Shown piece after piece: positions 18,483 through 35,522 of a stretch of 64,000 nucleotides of DNA (the first letter of the stretch is position 1; each line of letters opens with the position of its first letter). Position numbers and translations under genes: made by a program. Source of the stretch: the human T2T-CHM13v2.0 reference genome, Homo sapiens; the NCBI RefSeq assembly GCF_009914755.1, contig NC_060926.1. One strand, 5' to 3'. The notes below the pieces were generated by a model, which made no database searches, was not told the origin of the DNA, and was given only the letters and a program-made list of their open reading frames with translations.

Positions 18483-19133
18483 GTGAAGAAATATTTAGGT
18501 GTAAATTTAATATAACATGTACAGAACTTATATGCCAAAAGCTATAGAATGCTAATGAAGAAATAAAAAGAGATCTAAATAAATGTAGAAAATTGTTAAT
18601 GTATTGAAAAATTAAGTGTAGTAAAGGTATCAATTTACCTCAAATTGATACACAGCTTTAATCAAATTCCTATGAAAACCTCAGCAAGACTTTTTACAGA
18701 TACAGACAAGATTATTCTAAAATGTATACGGAAAGGCAAGAAACAAAAATAGCTACAACAATTTTGAAAAAGAAGAATAAAGTAATCTGGTTTCAAGACT
18801 GGTTATATAGCTACAGTAGACAGGACTGTGTAGTATTGGCAAAGAGACAGACACTTAAATCAATGGAACAGAACAAAAAAATCCAGAAGTAGACCCATAT
18901 AAATATGTTCAAGTGATCTTTGACAAAGGTGCAAAAGCAATTCAATGAAGGAAAGGTAGCCTTTTTAACAAATGATGCTGGAGCAATTGGACATCTGTAT
19001 TTCCATAGGCCAAAAAAAAAAAAAAAGAAAGAAATTCTATGTAATCCCATACCTTCAACAAAAATTAACCAAAAATGGAGTATAGACTTAAAAGGAAAAC
19101 TAAAACACTTTTAGGAGAAAATCAAAGAAAATT

Positions 19134-19449
<316 letters not shown>

Positions 19450-20619
19450 TCACTGGGTTCCAGGGCTAGTCAAAATGTCCTTAGACTTGACACCAAACTT
19501 GTGACCCACAAAAGCAAAAATTTATAAATTGGAAATTTATAAATTGGACCTCATCAAAATTAAAAACTTTGCTATTTGAAGGACCTTGTTAAGAAGATGA
19601 AAAATGGAAGAACATATTTGCAAACCGTGTATTTGACAAAAGATTAGCATCTAGAATATATTTAAAAAATTCTCAAAATTCAACAGTCAGAAAAAAAATC
19701 AACCCAATTAGGAAATGGACAAAATGTATGAAGAGACACTTTACTGAAGAGGATATACAGATGACAAATAAGCACATAATAAAATGTTCGACATCATAGC
19801 TACTGGGGAAGTGCAAGTTAAAACCGCAATGAGATATCACTACATACCCACCAGAATGGCTAAGAGATAATGACACACCAAATGTTGGCAAGGATATAGA
19901 GAAATGGAATCACTTATATGTTATTGGTGGAAGTGTAAAATGGTACGGCTACTCTGGAAAAGATTTTGGCAGTTTTTAAAAAAGCTAAATACACAACTAC
20001 TGTGTGACCCAGCAACTATACCCCTGGGCATTTTCCCCAGATAAATGATTATATATATTAATACAAAAACGTGTACATGAATGTTTATAGACAGTTTATT
20101 TGTAATAGGCAGAACTGGAAACAACCCAGATGTTCTTCAATGGGTGAATGGCTGTCTAAAGTGTGATGCATCCATGCCATGGAATACCATTCAGTAATAA
20201 AGAGGAACAAACTAATGATGTGTGTGCATCAAGCCGAATGAATCTACAAAGAATTATGCTGAGTAAAAAAGTCAATCCCCAAAATGTTACATACTGTATG
20301 ATTCCACTACTATAACATTCTTGACATGACAAAATTATAGAAATGGAGAACAGAATAGTGATTTTCAGGAATTAAGGAAATGGTGGCAGGAGAGGGAAGT
20401 TGGTGGGGTTATAAAAGGGCAACATGGTAATAATAATGTCCTTTAACTTGATGTATCACTGTTCAATATCCTGGTTATGACATTGTACTTTAGTTTTGCA
20501 AGATGTAATCATTGGGAGAAACTGGGTAAGGGGCCATGAGATTTCTCTGCATTGTTTTTTACAACTGCTGGTGAATCTATAAATATCTCAAAAATAAAGT
20601 TTTTAAAAGGCTTAATGAA

Positions 20620-22620
<2,001 letters not shown>

Positions 22621-22913
22621 TTAGTTTATCAAAGGCTACATCGTATGCTGAATGACAGATAAGACCATTAGGCTAAAATTCAATTGTTGAATATATTATA
22701 TTTAATATATATCTATCGCTGGGTAAATAAGTCAATGTATTACATGAGGTAGGTAAAATTATTCACACTATTCAGATTTTTAAAACAGAGTCTTAGAGAT
22801 GTTAATGTCACATGTCTATTAAGTATTTGAAGTCAAGATTTGCACCTGTAGTCAACAACACGCTGATTCTCTAAACAAAGGCATTATCAAGCAAGGAAAG
22901 ATTCATGTTTTCC

Positions 22914-23215
22914 TTTTTTCGTTTTTTGTTTTTTGAAGAGACAGGGTCTCATTCTATCACCCAGATTGGAGTGCAGTAGTGTGATCATAGCTCACTGCAG
23001 CCTCAAACTTCCTGGGCTCAAGTTATCCTCCTACCTTAGCCTCCCAAGTAGCTGGGACTACATGCGTGCATCACTATGCCTGGCAAAATTTTTTATTTTT
23101 ATTTCTTGGGTCCCCAGAAGTTGCCCAGGCTGGTCTCAAACTCCTGGCCTCAAGTGATCCTCTTGCCTCACCCTTCTGAGTGGCTAGGATTACAGGCTGA
23201 GGCCACCATGTCCAG
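22914..23215 (-). mobile_element. AluJ
   Basis: Reverse Alu dimer. Confidence 0.88.
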
Positions 23216-23879
23216 CGTTTTTCATTGATTTTTTTCTCTCATTTTTCACATAAGCTGAGACAGAATGTATGACTTTTGAACACTCTAGAATTTAGGCTTA
23301 TTGATGTTTTTTTAAAAAAAGAATTTAATTAGGGAAAATAACAAACATACACAAAATTATAGACAATAGCATTGAGTTCTAGCACTCTGAAAAAAGAAAA
23401 AGAAAAACAAAGAATAGCATAATTTGTTACCATCAACATTTATTGACTCATGGCTTTTCTGGTTTAATGTATACCCCTAGACATCATCCCTCCTCTCTTT
23501 CTGCCCTCCCTACCCTAGCAAATTATTTCAAGGCAAATCCTTGATATAGCTCTTCCTAAAATCCATAGCATTTTTTATTCAAAGTTGTCAATTTTGCCTG
23601 CTATAAACTTCCTCTTTTAAACATCTGATCAAACTACCTGATAGTTCAAATAGAAGAGCAGGAAATAAAATTACACCTGAAAGTTATGTAAGTTTTAAAG
23701 TTAGTTTTTTCACTTCCTGCAGGTGAAAGGAATCATTTAATTGATTTAACGACAACAGGTGAATGAAGTAAACTGATGTTTCTTTTGAAGTTTAGCTACT
23801 TCCTTTCTGCCAGTTGTTTACTATAGTAAAATGATCAGAAAAACTTCATGCATTTTCACATGTAATATTTTATTTTTAA

Positions 23880-24405
<526 letters not shown>

Positions 24406-25594
24406 AGATCTCTACATTGTAAACATCACAAAGGGTCTTTGGAGATCACTTGTCCTTGGTATCCAGGAAGTCATGGTTCCTCTGTGTGCTTTATGTGACA
24501 TCATTAAGTGAGGGGTAGCCCATGCTACACCAGGTGCTGAAGGCTGAGACGGTGAGAGCATGAGTGATAAGATGCTCTCTCCCCTTGCTCTCTTTCTGAA
24601 GATGACAAACTCCATCTTTTTTCTAAAGTCTTACTAAAGGTGGAAATCTTTTTTCTTCACTTCAATTTTAAAAAATTATTTGTTTTTGTTTTATAGAATA
24701 GACTGAGAGTGGGCTTTTAAGAGTAACAAGTTGATTTTGTATTTATATACAAACACTGCATATTGTTGGACACTTATAAATAGGTTGATGAATATTCAGT
24801 ATATATGATAGATATACAAGCAGTTTGGTGTGGATATATTAAACTTATTGAAAAATTTTTAAAATGTGAGATTTTACATATTTCTGACTTTTTCAAAATT
24901 TGAGTTTAGAAGAAAGTTGAAATATAGCTCAGAGCTAATTTTCAGGTTGAGCTCTCTGTAGCCCTAGGTACTCCAAACCAAGTATTTCAAGAGTCACCTG
25001 GAGTTGCGATACTTGGCAGTTTGCGGGGCAAGAACCCTTGTACTCTTTCTGTTCCTCCCCTCCCAACTGGGCAGTTGTATTTATTAAGCATCTGCACCAT
25101 CCTTTGTTGAAGAAAGGCCTCCCCACCTAAGTTTGATAATCAATGGTCTACAAAAATAGCACTATGATGAAATCTGATGTCCTGGGAGGAAGGAATTCAG
25201 AACAGAAATAGGAAACAGGTTCCATTTGACAGTTTATTTAGTGCGTTCAGAATAGAAGGTAGAGAAAAAAGTATTGTAATCAAGATAATATTCATCTACA
25301 GAGGAATATAGTGAACATGCAGTATTTCTAAAATTGCAGTTTAACAAGAAATAAAAAAAGTACAAATGTTTCTCATTCAAGATAATCCACATTTTGAAGA
25401 TCTCATTTTACACAAAAAAGGGTAATTAGAACTATAAACAGGTCTTCATTTTATAATAAGCACTTAATATAACTAATGTGCAGTTATGATTTTTAAAATT
25501 GGCAAACATGCAAAATTGCATTAAATAAGTTATGTCAGATAATTATCCTTTGTTTAATGTTTATTTACAGCTTGTAATTAATGTTTAATCATTT

Positions 25595-26296
25595 TGTTGT
25601 CAGTGGTGGGAATCCAAATTACACAGCACCAAAATATGTTGTCAGCGGCAAATCCATACGGGTCTGCAACAACAATTCTTGTGTCCTCAGGAGAGAATCT
25701 GACTAAGGGGCATAAGGCAGAAGAGACCAAGACAAGTTTTAGAGCAGGAGTGAAGGTTTGTTGAAAAACTTGAGAGGAGGAATGAAAAGAAAGTAAAGTA
25801 CACTTGGAAGAGGGCCAAGCGGGCATCTTGGAGGACAAGTGCCCCATTTGACCTTGGACGTAGGGTTTTACATGTTGGCATACTTCTGGCATCTTGCATC
25901 CCTTTTCCCTTGATTCCTCCCTTGGAGTGAGAGGCCTGTTAGCACTTTGGAGGTAAGCATGCGCAATGTGTTTACTGGAGTTGTACGCATGCTCACTAGA
26001 AGTGTTCTTCCCTTACCAGCTGAATGTCCTTAGGAGGTCAGATACCAGTTAAACTCCTCCATTTTGCCTCTTAATATGCATGCTTGAGCCCACTTTCCCA
26101 ACTCCTTGGATCTTATCGGGAAGCTGCCGATCACCAGTTTTAGGTGTTTCTATCTACTGGGAAACTGCCTTTTCCTGGCACTGGCTGCAATCAATTATTT
26201 TAGAGAGAGAGTTTAACAACCGCCTGACATTCCTGGTTGGGGTAGGGGGCACCTTCTCTTGCTCTGTTTATGCCTGAATAGCTACCTACTGTAACC
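25595..26296 (-). mobile_element. ERV1-class solo LTR (MER50-like)
   Basis: ~700 bp GC-richer block; rc begins GTTACAGTAGGTAGCTATTCAGGCATAAACAGAGCAAGAGAAGG, resembling the MER50 LTR start as I recall it; subfamily uncertain. Confidence 0.7.
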
Positions 26297-27169
26297 ATTT
26301 ATTTTTCAACATACATTTAATTGAAAAATAATGGAAATACAAAATAGGAAAAGTTATGGTCCCTGGCCTCAAGAAAATCCATCTAGTGGGGCTGAAAAGA
26401 AAACTTACAAAACAAGTATCTTACAGCAAAGTGAGGTGAAGAGATAAGACGAATCAGAGTTGGCATGGCTGGGGCAGGTTTACATGACAGAAAGAGGCTT
26501 GAGCTGCTACTTGAAAGAAACACAAGACTTTGCAAATTGGGGTGGAAAGCTAAGGGATGCTAGGCAGAGGGTTGATGTGAGCAAGAAATACAATGTGAAG
26601 AGCTGTTCACAAGAGAATGAGGGTTTTCAACAGGGAATAATGAGAGAATTGATTGGAGCAAAAGGTTAGGATGAGGAGGTGAAGGAAATTTTTCTTTTTG
26701 GAGGGGGGTGGGCAGGGAACAGGGTCCAGCTCTGTGGCCTAGGCTGGAGTTCAGTAACAGGATCATGGCTCACTGCAGCATGGAACTCCTGGGCTCAAGT
26801 GATCCTCCCGCCTCAGCCTCCTGAGTAGCTGGGACTAAAAGGTACATGCCACCCCACCCTGGGATTTTATTTTTGAAGCCAAGGATCTCAGTTACCCCAG
26901 GGTGAAAGTAGGGTAACAATGTGTATTGCCTTTAGGGGTTCCTATGGAAGTCTCTTAAAGAGATGCTTCTACCCTCCCACCATGAGAGATTCTGATTTTT
27001 TCCTTCTTTGCTGTCCAGGTGACAATGTATAATGAAGGATGTTACTAAATGACATGTGCTGCACACCTGAGTCTTGTGGAGGCTGAAGAAAAGGAGGCTT
27101 CTGTAGAAAATAGGAACTCAGTGAGTGTTTTCAGACAGCTGGGTAATGTGTATGAAGAAGAAAGCTTTG

Positions 27170-27490
<321 letters not shown>

Positions 27491-28556
27491 TTAGGCTTGG
27501 TGGGAGAAACTGAAGGCAGGGAGATGTAAGGAGTTGACTGCAATTGTATAGGAATTGAAGAGGCAGAAAGAATATCTGAATGTTTGATGGTAGAGAAGGT
27601 GAATGTCAGAAAAAACAAAGCGGAGCAGACACTGTACTAAGAATAACCATTTTTCAAAGTAGGTATTGTTTCTATTTTACAAACAATATAATCTAGAAAT
27701 CACATACAAATCCAAGTTATATAGGTTTTAGTGAGAGAGTTGGGCTCTGAATTGAGGTTCGTCTGACTCTAAATTCTGCTAATGCACTATGAATTCAATT
27801 TTGAGTTTCTAAGAGATGGAAAGAAAAAGACAAAAGATGAGCTTGCTTTTGAGGTTTGATGTACGGGGAGGTTGTCCAGCAAGCATCTGGAAAAGTGGCA
27901 TTTGGCTTTAGAGATGTTGGGTATAGATTATTAAAAATTATTTGCACAGGGTGACAATGATAAGGATTCCAAGGGAGACCACTAAGAGTTGAAAAAGAAA
28001 GGAGAGAGCAAAGGCTTGAACATCAATAATATTCCCAGGTTAGAAAAAAAATGGGATCAATTATTGAAAAACCAGAAAAGGAGTAGGAAGTTATGAGAAA
28101 TAGGAAGTGTAGCATCACCAAAAATAAAGAAAACACTTGTACTTAGGAAAAGATTGTCAAAGCTGTTGGATACTGCAGATGTCAAGGAGGCAGGTCTAAT
28201 TTGGCAATTAGAAAAAAAAAATAGTTGGGGTCAGTAGTTTTATTTCGGAAGAGCATTACACAGGAGCCAATCTGTAATTAATTAAAAATCAAAATAGTAA
28301 AGATAGGGAAACAGATAATTTACTAAAATCTATAGACACTTCTTTTGAGATTTTGAAAAAATGAAATGAGAGAGAAATTAGCACATGGTAGGTAGGTGGA
28401 GGAGCAAGGCCTAGGGAGGGTTTCAATTCTGGGCTTCTTTATAGCTTGGTAAGGAAAGAGCCTGTTGAAAGGGTAAAAGATTGAAATGCAGGTAAAGAAA
28501 AGAAAATAAATGTCTTAATGGAAAAAAGTTTTTAATTTAAAAAGTAAAGAAAATAG

Positions 28557-28860
28557 GGCTGGGCGCGGTGGCTCACACCTGTAATCCCAGCTCTTTGGGA
28601 GGCTGAGGCAGGTGGATCATGAGGTCAGGAGATCGAGACCATCCTGGCCAACATGGTAAAACCCTGTCTGTACTAAAATTCAAAAAAAAAAATTAGTTGG
28701 GTGTGGTGGCATGCGCCTGTACTCCCAGCTACTCGGGAGACTGAGGCAGGGGAATCAGTGGAGGTTGCAGTGGAGTGCCAGAGCTGAGATCGTGTCACTG
28801 CACTCCAGCCTGGTGACAGAGCGAGACTACATCTCAAAATAAATAAATAAATAAATAAAA
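28557..28860 (+). mobile_element. AluSc-type with (AAAT)n tail
   Basis: GAGATCGAGACCATCCTGGCC; TCCAGCCTGGTGAC. Confidence 0.88.
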
Positions 28861-28917
28861 TAGCAATAACACCTGTCATCAACCACAAAATTGTATAAAA
28901 TAAGTTAAAGGCCATTC

Positions 28918-29397
<480 letters not shown>

Positions 29398-29850
29398 TGG
29401 TGCAAATCTTTTTCAACATCTTCTTTTATTTAAAGAAGTATCACTCTTTTCTCTTTCTCTGCATCTGTTCCTAAATAAACCCGTTATTAAATAAAAATGG
29501 TGCCATATATGCATGCATGTTTTCAAATTACTTTTTTTCATTATATCTATCACAGAGGTCTTTCTAGGTTAATATTTACACTCATATCAAATCCATCTAA
29601 TTCATTTTAGTTGTTGTATAGTGTTCTTTTGTTTGGCTAGATCATAATTTGTATAGAAATTTCTTTTTTATTTTGTAGAGAAGTGGGGTCTCACTATCTC
29701 AAACTCCTGGACTCAAGTGATCAACCCCTCAGCCTCCCAAGGTGCTGGGATTGCAGGTGTGAGCCACCACATCTAGCCTCAATGTGTGTAGAAATTTATA
29801 CATTGATATACCTTTCTTGGTAGCTTAATTCTAAAAAGTGGATTGCCCTG

Positions 29851-30433
29851 TGTTGTGGGCTGACTACTCCCCAAAGATATCCATACACTAAGCTTTAGAA
29901 TCTGTGAATTTTACCTTTATGGCAAAAGGTATTTTGAAGATGTGATTACTAACTTAATCACCTCTACTGAATATTGAAATAGTAAGATTATCCTGGATTA
30001 CCTGGGTGGGTCCTAAATGTCATCACAAGGCTATGTGATGGCAGAAGCTGAACAAAGCAGTGTCAGACAGACCAAAGATGCTACATCGTTGGCTTTGAAA
30101 AAGCAGGAAGGTGGCACAAGCTAAGAAATATAAGTGGCTTCTAGAAGCTTGAAAAAGCAAGGTAATAGATTCTCCCCTGGAGCCTCCAGAAGAAAATAGT
30201 CCTTCTGGTACTTTGATTTTAGCCCTACAATACTCATTTTGGATTTTTGGCCTCCAGAACTGTAAGAGATACATTTGTGCTGGTTTAGTTAACCGAGCTT
30301 GTGGTACTCCAATGTGACTTTATCTGAACTTTATTACATCTGCAAAGACCCGATTTCCAAATAAGGTCATATTCATAAGTATGAGGGTTAGGACTTGAAC
30401 ATAAATTTTTGAGGGACACAATTCAATTCACAC
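29851..30433. mobile_element. MLT1-family LTR (+, to ~30306) joined to an MLT1 fragment in opposite orientation
   Basis: GGCCTCCAGAACTGTAAGAGATACATTTGTG and TTTCCAAATAAGGTCATATTC motifs. Confidence 0.7.
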
Positions 30434-31219
30434 ACCCATTTTCAAAAAGTCAATTCGATCTGTGAGTGGTTTTAAAATTTGATTTCTGTGAACCTACCAT
30501 TTAATTCTGGAATTGTTACTGCCTCATTCCAAAGACAAAATTCTTCCTCCATTTGAGATTTTAGGAAGTCCTAGAAGAAATAGCTGAGCATGGGTGGATA
30601 TTTTGGAAATAATCCTCATGGTATGGAGCAGAGAACGTCCCCAGTTATACATATGTAGCACATTATTTTATAAAGTTAGTATTTGAGCAAAACTAAACAA
30701 TATATTTTTACACACACATATGCAGAATATGTGTATGTGATTTACGTATGACTATGCCCTAAAGAAAAGCAGCAAAGTGAGGGGAGGTGGACGGCAGGGA
30801 TGGCACATGCAGAAGCACGCAAGATTCCGCGGTGTGGAGGGTTCGTGGGTGCGTATAATTATCTTCCATTATTTACATGTGTACTTTATGCGTTCGTTAG
30901 CTATATTTTTGTATGTTTTAATATGCAACAAAACAGCGTATGAGTTACGCTTTAATGTAAAATTGTCTACATAACACAAAATTTAAAAGAAATGGCATAC
31001 GGATAGTAGAAAACATGCTTTGAGGAAAAAGCGTCATGTACTAAGTCCAGAAATCGACATTGCAAAGAGGCACCAACTGTTTTCATCAAGCTGACTTTTC
31101 CAGGTGCTACTCAGAAAAGCTGACCGATGATAGAGCACTGGGTCAACTCACGCTAATTATGAAACCGTGAGTAAAATAATCTGTGCTTCTATGTAATTTA
31201 AGTACCCACAAATCAGGAA

Positions 31220-32000
31220 GCATTCCCGGATGAAAAGCATTCACAGAACCATACGCTGGTTCGCCACCTTCCCGGTGGAAAAACCCTTTCCTCGGAAATT
31301 CTCAGCGCAAAGACTTTGCCCTATTCCAAAATGGCTCCGGCGCCTACAACTTAAGCATAGCGCAGGTCCGGAAGTTACGCAACCCCATAAGGTAGCACGC
31401 CGTTACCCGTGGGGAGCGTTTCCGCCATTTTTGAAAATTAATTGGGAAGGTACTGGTTTTAAGTGTAGTTGCCGACGCAATGGCAGCCTTTGCAGTGGAA
31501 CCTCAGGGGCCCGCGTTAGGTGAGTGAAATATTGCTTTTCCTTGCTGGCACTGCCATCCATGCTCTGGGCCTGGAGGCGGGCAAGACTGAAAGGCAGTCG
31601 TCAGGCTCTCGTCTGCTGGTTTCAGTCGCGGAGAGGGAATCCTTGGGTGCCCCCAAGTTCATAGTCGGTCCCCTACTCGACGCGTCGCCTCCATACTGCT
31701 ACAAAGGTGGCGCCGGGAAGCTGAGGGCCCTGGGAGGGTGAAGAAAAGGCCGTCTGGCGGTGACTGAGCTGTGTTTGTGCCCCCACACGCCAGCCACGTT
31801 AGACTGGCCCATACCTTAACCTCCTTCTGATACCCGAGACGCGATGCTGGTTGCTGGATTCCCAGCTGGTTGCTGGTCCCCAGAAGCATCCCTGGGAGGA
31901 ACTGACCGCGGTACACGTGGGTGGGCGGTGTCCTGAAGTGTGTGGGTGCAGTCCACTGCTTCTTGATCACCTGTGCTTCCAGTTCCTGTTTTGACTCCTC
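31220..32000 (+). promoter_or_regulatory. NUP35: NUP35 CpG-island, TATA-less promoter
   Basis: Local CpG/GC enrichment around exon 1; YY1-type AAAATGGC (31328-31335) and CCGCCATTTT (31422-31431); ETS CCGGAAGT (31368-31375). Confidence 0.85.
31480..31519 (+). CDS. NUP35: Nucleoporin NUP35 (Nup53), coding exon 1
   Basis: GCAATGG Kozak context; MAAFAVEPQGPAL-G; donor AG|GTGAGT at 31519/31520. Confidence 0.96.
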
Positions 32001-33029
32001 TCTCCCGGGCTTTGCCAAAGGAATCTTGTTATTAATGGAAGCTTGAATCGTGCAACATTTAATCAACCGTGTGGTTGGTAATCATTGAGATATTGACCTT
32101 AACAGCAAGCTAGGAGTTCGCACGATATTTCCCGCCTTTATTTGGGGAAAGTGACTTTTAAGTATTGTAGGAGGTATTTTTCTCTAGTAAGTCACGATCT
32201 GAATTTTTTTAAAGATTCATTCCCATTATTCATTGCGGAGCCTCGTTGAAATATGTCGTCTTTGAAAAAAATCTACCACTTTAACAGCACGCGGATTTCT
32301 TTTTTTCCTGCTGAGTTTTGCGACTTGTGAGAATCGTCGAAAATTTTAGAACGGAAAATAAACCGTCTTACTGTCATAGAGACTTACCTGAAAAGTTAGG
32401 TTATAACTTTCTGAGCTTGGAAAAGAGAGCAAATGTAATATATATGGTGTAGAAAGAGTCTTTAGATTTGAAGGGTATGTAATGCTTGCCATGTTTGGTG
32501 TAAAATAAGTTCTTTTTGAGAATAGAGTAACTTGAACTACTTTAGTCTGTCATAAAAAAACTAAATGCATAATGTCAATAACGCAGATACTCTGCATTAA
32601 AATTTATATATAGATGTCGTCTTGGTATTTATTTTTAATGTATTTTAGAGATCAAAAACTCTTCATTTCCAGTTCCAAATTTTTCTATTCAACAAAAACA
32701 TTTTGGAGTGCATATTTATTGGGGTTACAAATGTGAGTAAACCAATCCCTGTATATTGCCTTGCCAGAAATCTGACATTAGCCAGTATTAATGTTTAAGT
32801 CCACATTTTGCAGATATTCCAGGTGCCCACTGGTGTAGTAAAACTAAGGGTTGACTTCAACAAACTGCTAGCTGAGTACGTATCTTTTGGGAGCACAGAA
32901 TATGAAATGGAATTGAGGACATGCAGCATCTTTTCCTTAAGTTTGCTTTAAGTGAAATTTAGCCTGAGGGGTGGTTGGTGACAGTCCTGATTAAGAGCCC
33001 ATTGTGCCCTCCTTCCTGTCTGGTGCTTT

Positions 33030-33335
33030 CTTTTTTCTTTTCCTTCCTTCTTCCCTCTCTCCCTCCCTCCCTTCCTCTTTTTTGACACAGCCGTGTCACC
33101 TGGGCTGGAGTGCAGTCGTGCAGTCTCAGCTCACTGCAACCTCCCCCTCCGGGCTCAAGCAATCCTCCCACCTCAGCCTCCCAGGGGCTGGGACCACAGT
33201 GTGCCGCCACTCCCAGCTACTTATTGTATTTTTGGTAGAGACAAGGTTTCGCCATTTTGTCCAGACTGGTCTCGAACTGAGCTCGAGCGATCCACCTGCC
33301 TCGGCCTCCCAAAATCCTGGGATTAGAGGCTTGCG
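33030..33335 (-). mobile_element. Diverged Alu (J-type) with CT-rich tail
   Basis: Reverse Alu motifs. Confidence 0.8.
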
Positions 33336-34812
33336 CCTTCTACTGTGTCTGTATGTATCCAGATACATCAGAACTTTTCTTAAGCCAATTCTTACTTTAT
33401 TTTGCTATAATTTTTTTTTCTTTTAGGGAGGGGGAGTGAATGTAGTGAATGTTACCAAAAACTTTGCGTTTAATATGGTATTCTGAATATCTGTTAAGAA
33501 TATGCTTTTGTTTAGACTTTTGGTTTGATTTTAGTGGATCTTCTTACGAAATATTTCTACAGTGCCATGTAACATAGTAACTAGCACTTTATAAAATAAT
33601 TACAATGTAATTAGAGTTTTTCACACCTTGTTTTAGCATTTGCTTTATCCATTTATTGAATTTGTTTTTTTTTTTGTCTTTTATACACTTGTATTGTTAA
33701 TATCTAGGCCTAATATAATGGGAAATAAGAGGAAGACTAAATAGTTGGCAGCTTTCGGATATTAAGAAACAGATTGTTAAGGCCATCTAGAAGTTAAGTA
33801 ATAGTTAATAAAAAACCATACAAATAACATAGCAAACATTTGACCCTTCTGAGTGCAATGAGTCACACTCAGGCTTGTCACCTAGTTGAAAATTATTTTC
33901 ATAAGCAGAGATTGCAAATTCTACATTTATACTTTACTCAGTTTTTGCTATTATAAAATATTTGTAGAAAATAATAATTCGTATTTATTGAGCACCTGTG
34001 TATCAGGTACCAGGTCAAGCTATACTTGCTATAATTCTAACAAAAGCTCTGTTAGTGGATGCTAGCTATGCTTATTCCCTTTTACTGAGAGAACTTGAAC
34101 CCACATCTTTGACTCCATAGCCCATTGTTTTCCTTATTCTGCTATTTTGCTCTGAAATTAGAATTATATAGCTCACTCATCTTCATAAGGGAAATAATAT
34201 CTACTCTATAGATTGTGAGGATTTATTTTGTATCAATTGTGAGGTTTCAGTTCTCTAAGTTGGCTTTATATTAGGGGGATATTTAATGATGATTCTTTAA
34301 TTTTTTTTTTTTTTTTAAATAAAAAAGATGAGATCTCAGTGTGTTGCCCAGGCTGGTCTTGAACTCCTGAGCTCAAGTGATCCTCCTGCCTTGGCCTCCC
34401 AAAGTGCTAGGATTGCAGGCGTGAGTCACCATGCCCAGCTGTGATTATTCTTGACTTAAACTAATGATTAAGAAAAAAGATACAAAAATAAGTTTTCGAC
34501 TCTTTTCAACATGTTTCTGAGTTAGGGTGCTAGTTATCACTGTTATTTTGTAAGTGCTCTAATATATGCATGGTTACGGTTTTATCACAATAATGATGAA
34601 CTTTTTATGGGGAAGAAAAAGAAACAATTTAGCAAGCTTAACCCATTGTGTTTGATATGCTAAGCTTTGTATGTATAAGTAGTGCAGCCTGTCCTTGTTT
34701 TTGGTTGTTACATAGTCCAAACTGATTCGGAAATGGAAAGAAGTTATTAGTGTGATTTTTAAACCCCTGAAATAATGTAAACAAAAATAGCTGTCACAGA
34801 TAAATATTGTGC

Positions 34813-35136
<324 letters not shown>

Positions 35137-35309
35137 CTAGAAATATTTTTTGTTGGCTTTTAAAATAATAAATTCAACTATGGTTCTATTATATCTAAAA
35201 GTTTTGATTAAATTTGCAAAATTATGTTAGATTCTTGCATGTTTTTGTCATCAACATGTAACAGAAACTGTAACAGAAAAGTCCTTAATTTATTTTTTGA
35301 TTCATGTAG

Positions 35310-35480
35310 GATCTGAACCAATGATGCTGGGTTCACCCACATCTCCAAAGCCAGGAGTTAATGCCCAGTTCTTACCTGGATTTTTAATGGGGGATTTGCC
35401 AGCTCCGGTGACTCCACAACCTCGATCAATTAGTGGCCCTTCAGTAGGAGTAATGGAAATGAGATCACCTTTACTTGCAG
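35310..35480 (+). CDS. NUP35: NUP35 coding exon 2 (171 nt)
   Basis: TAG acceptor; [56 protein letters not shown]; donor CAG|GTAGGT; phase consistent with exons 1 and 3. Confidence 0.97.
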
Positions 35481-35522
35481 GTAGGTGAATTGCTTAAAAT
35501 AATTTTATAGACATGCTAGATA

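Noticed and set aside
31230-32066. ORFs overlapping the NUP35 promoter on both strands
   Set aside because: Expected stop-poor frames in a CpG island; no recognisable protein
35257-35279. 12-bp tandem duplication TGTAACAGAAAC (similar short duplications at ~19520 and ~59583)
   Set aside because: Ordinary slippage-scale events with no evident function
35282-35289. TCCTTAAT resembling the U12 branch point before NUP35 exon 2
   Set aside because: The intron 1 donor is GTGAGT (U2 type), not RTATCCTT
35481-35490. Tandem donor GTAGGTGAAT (+4 alternative 5' splice site)
   Set aside because: Common configuration; nothing in the sequence indicates use
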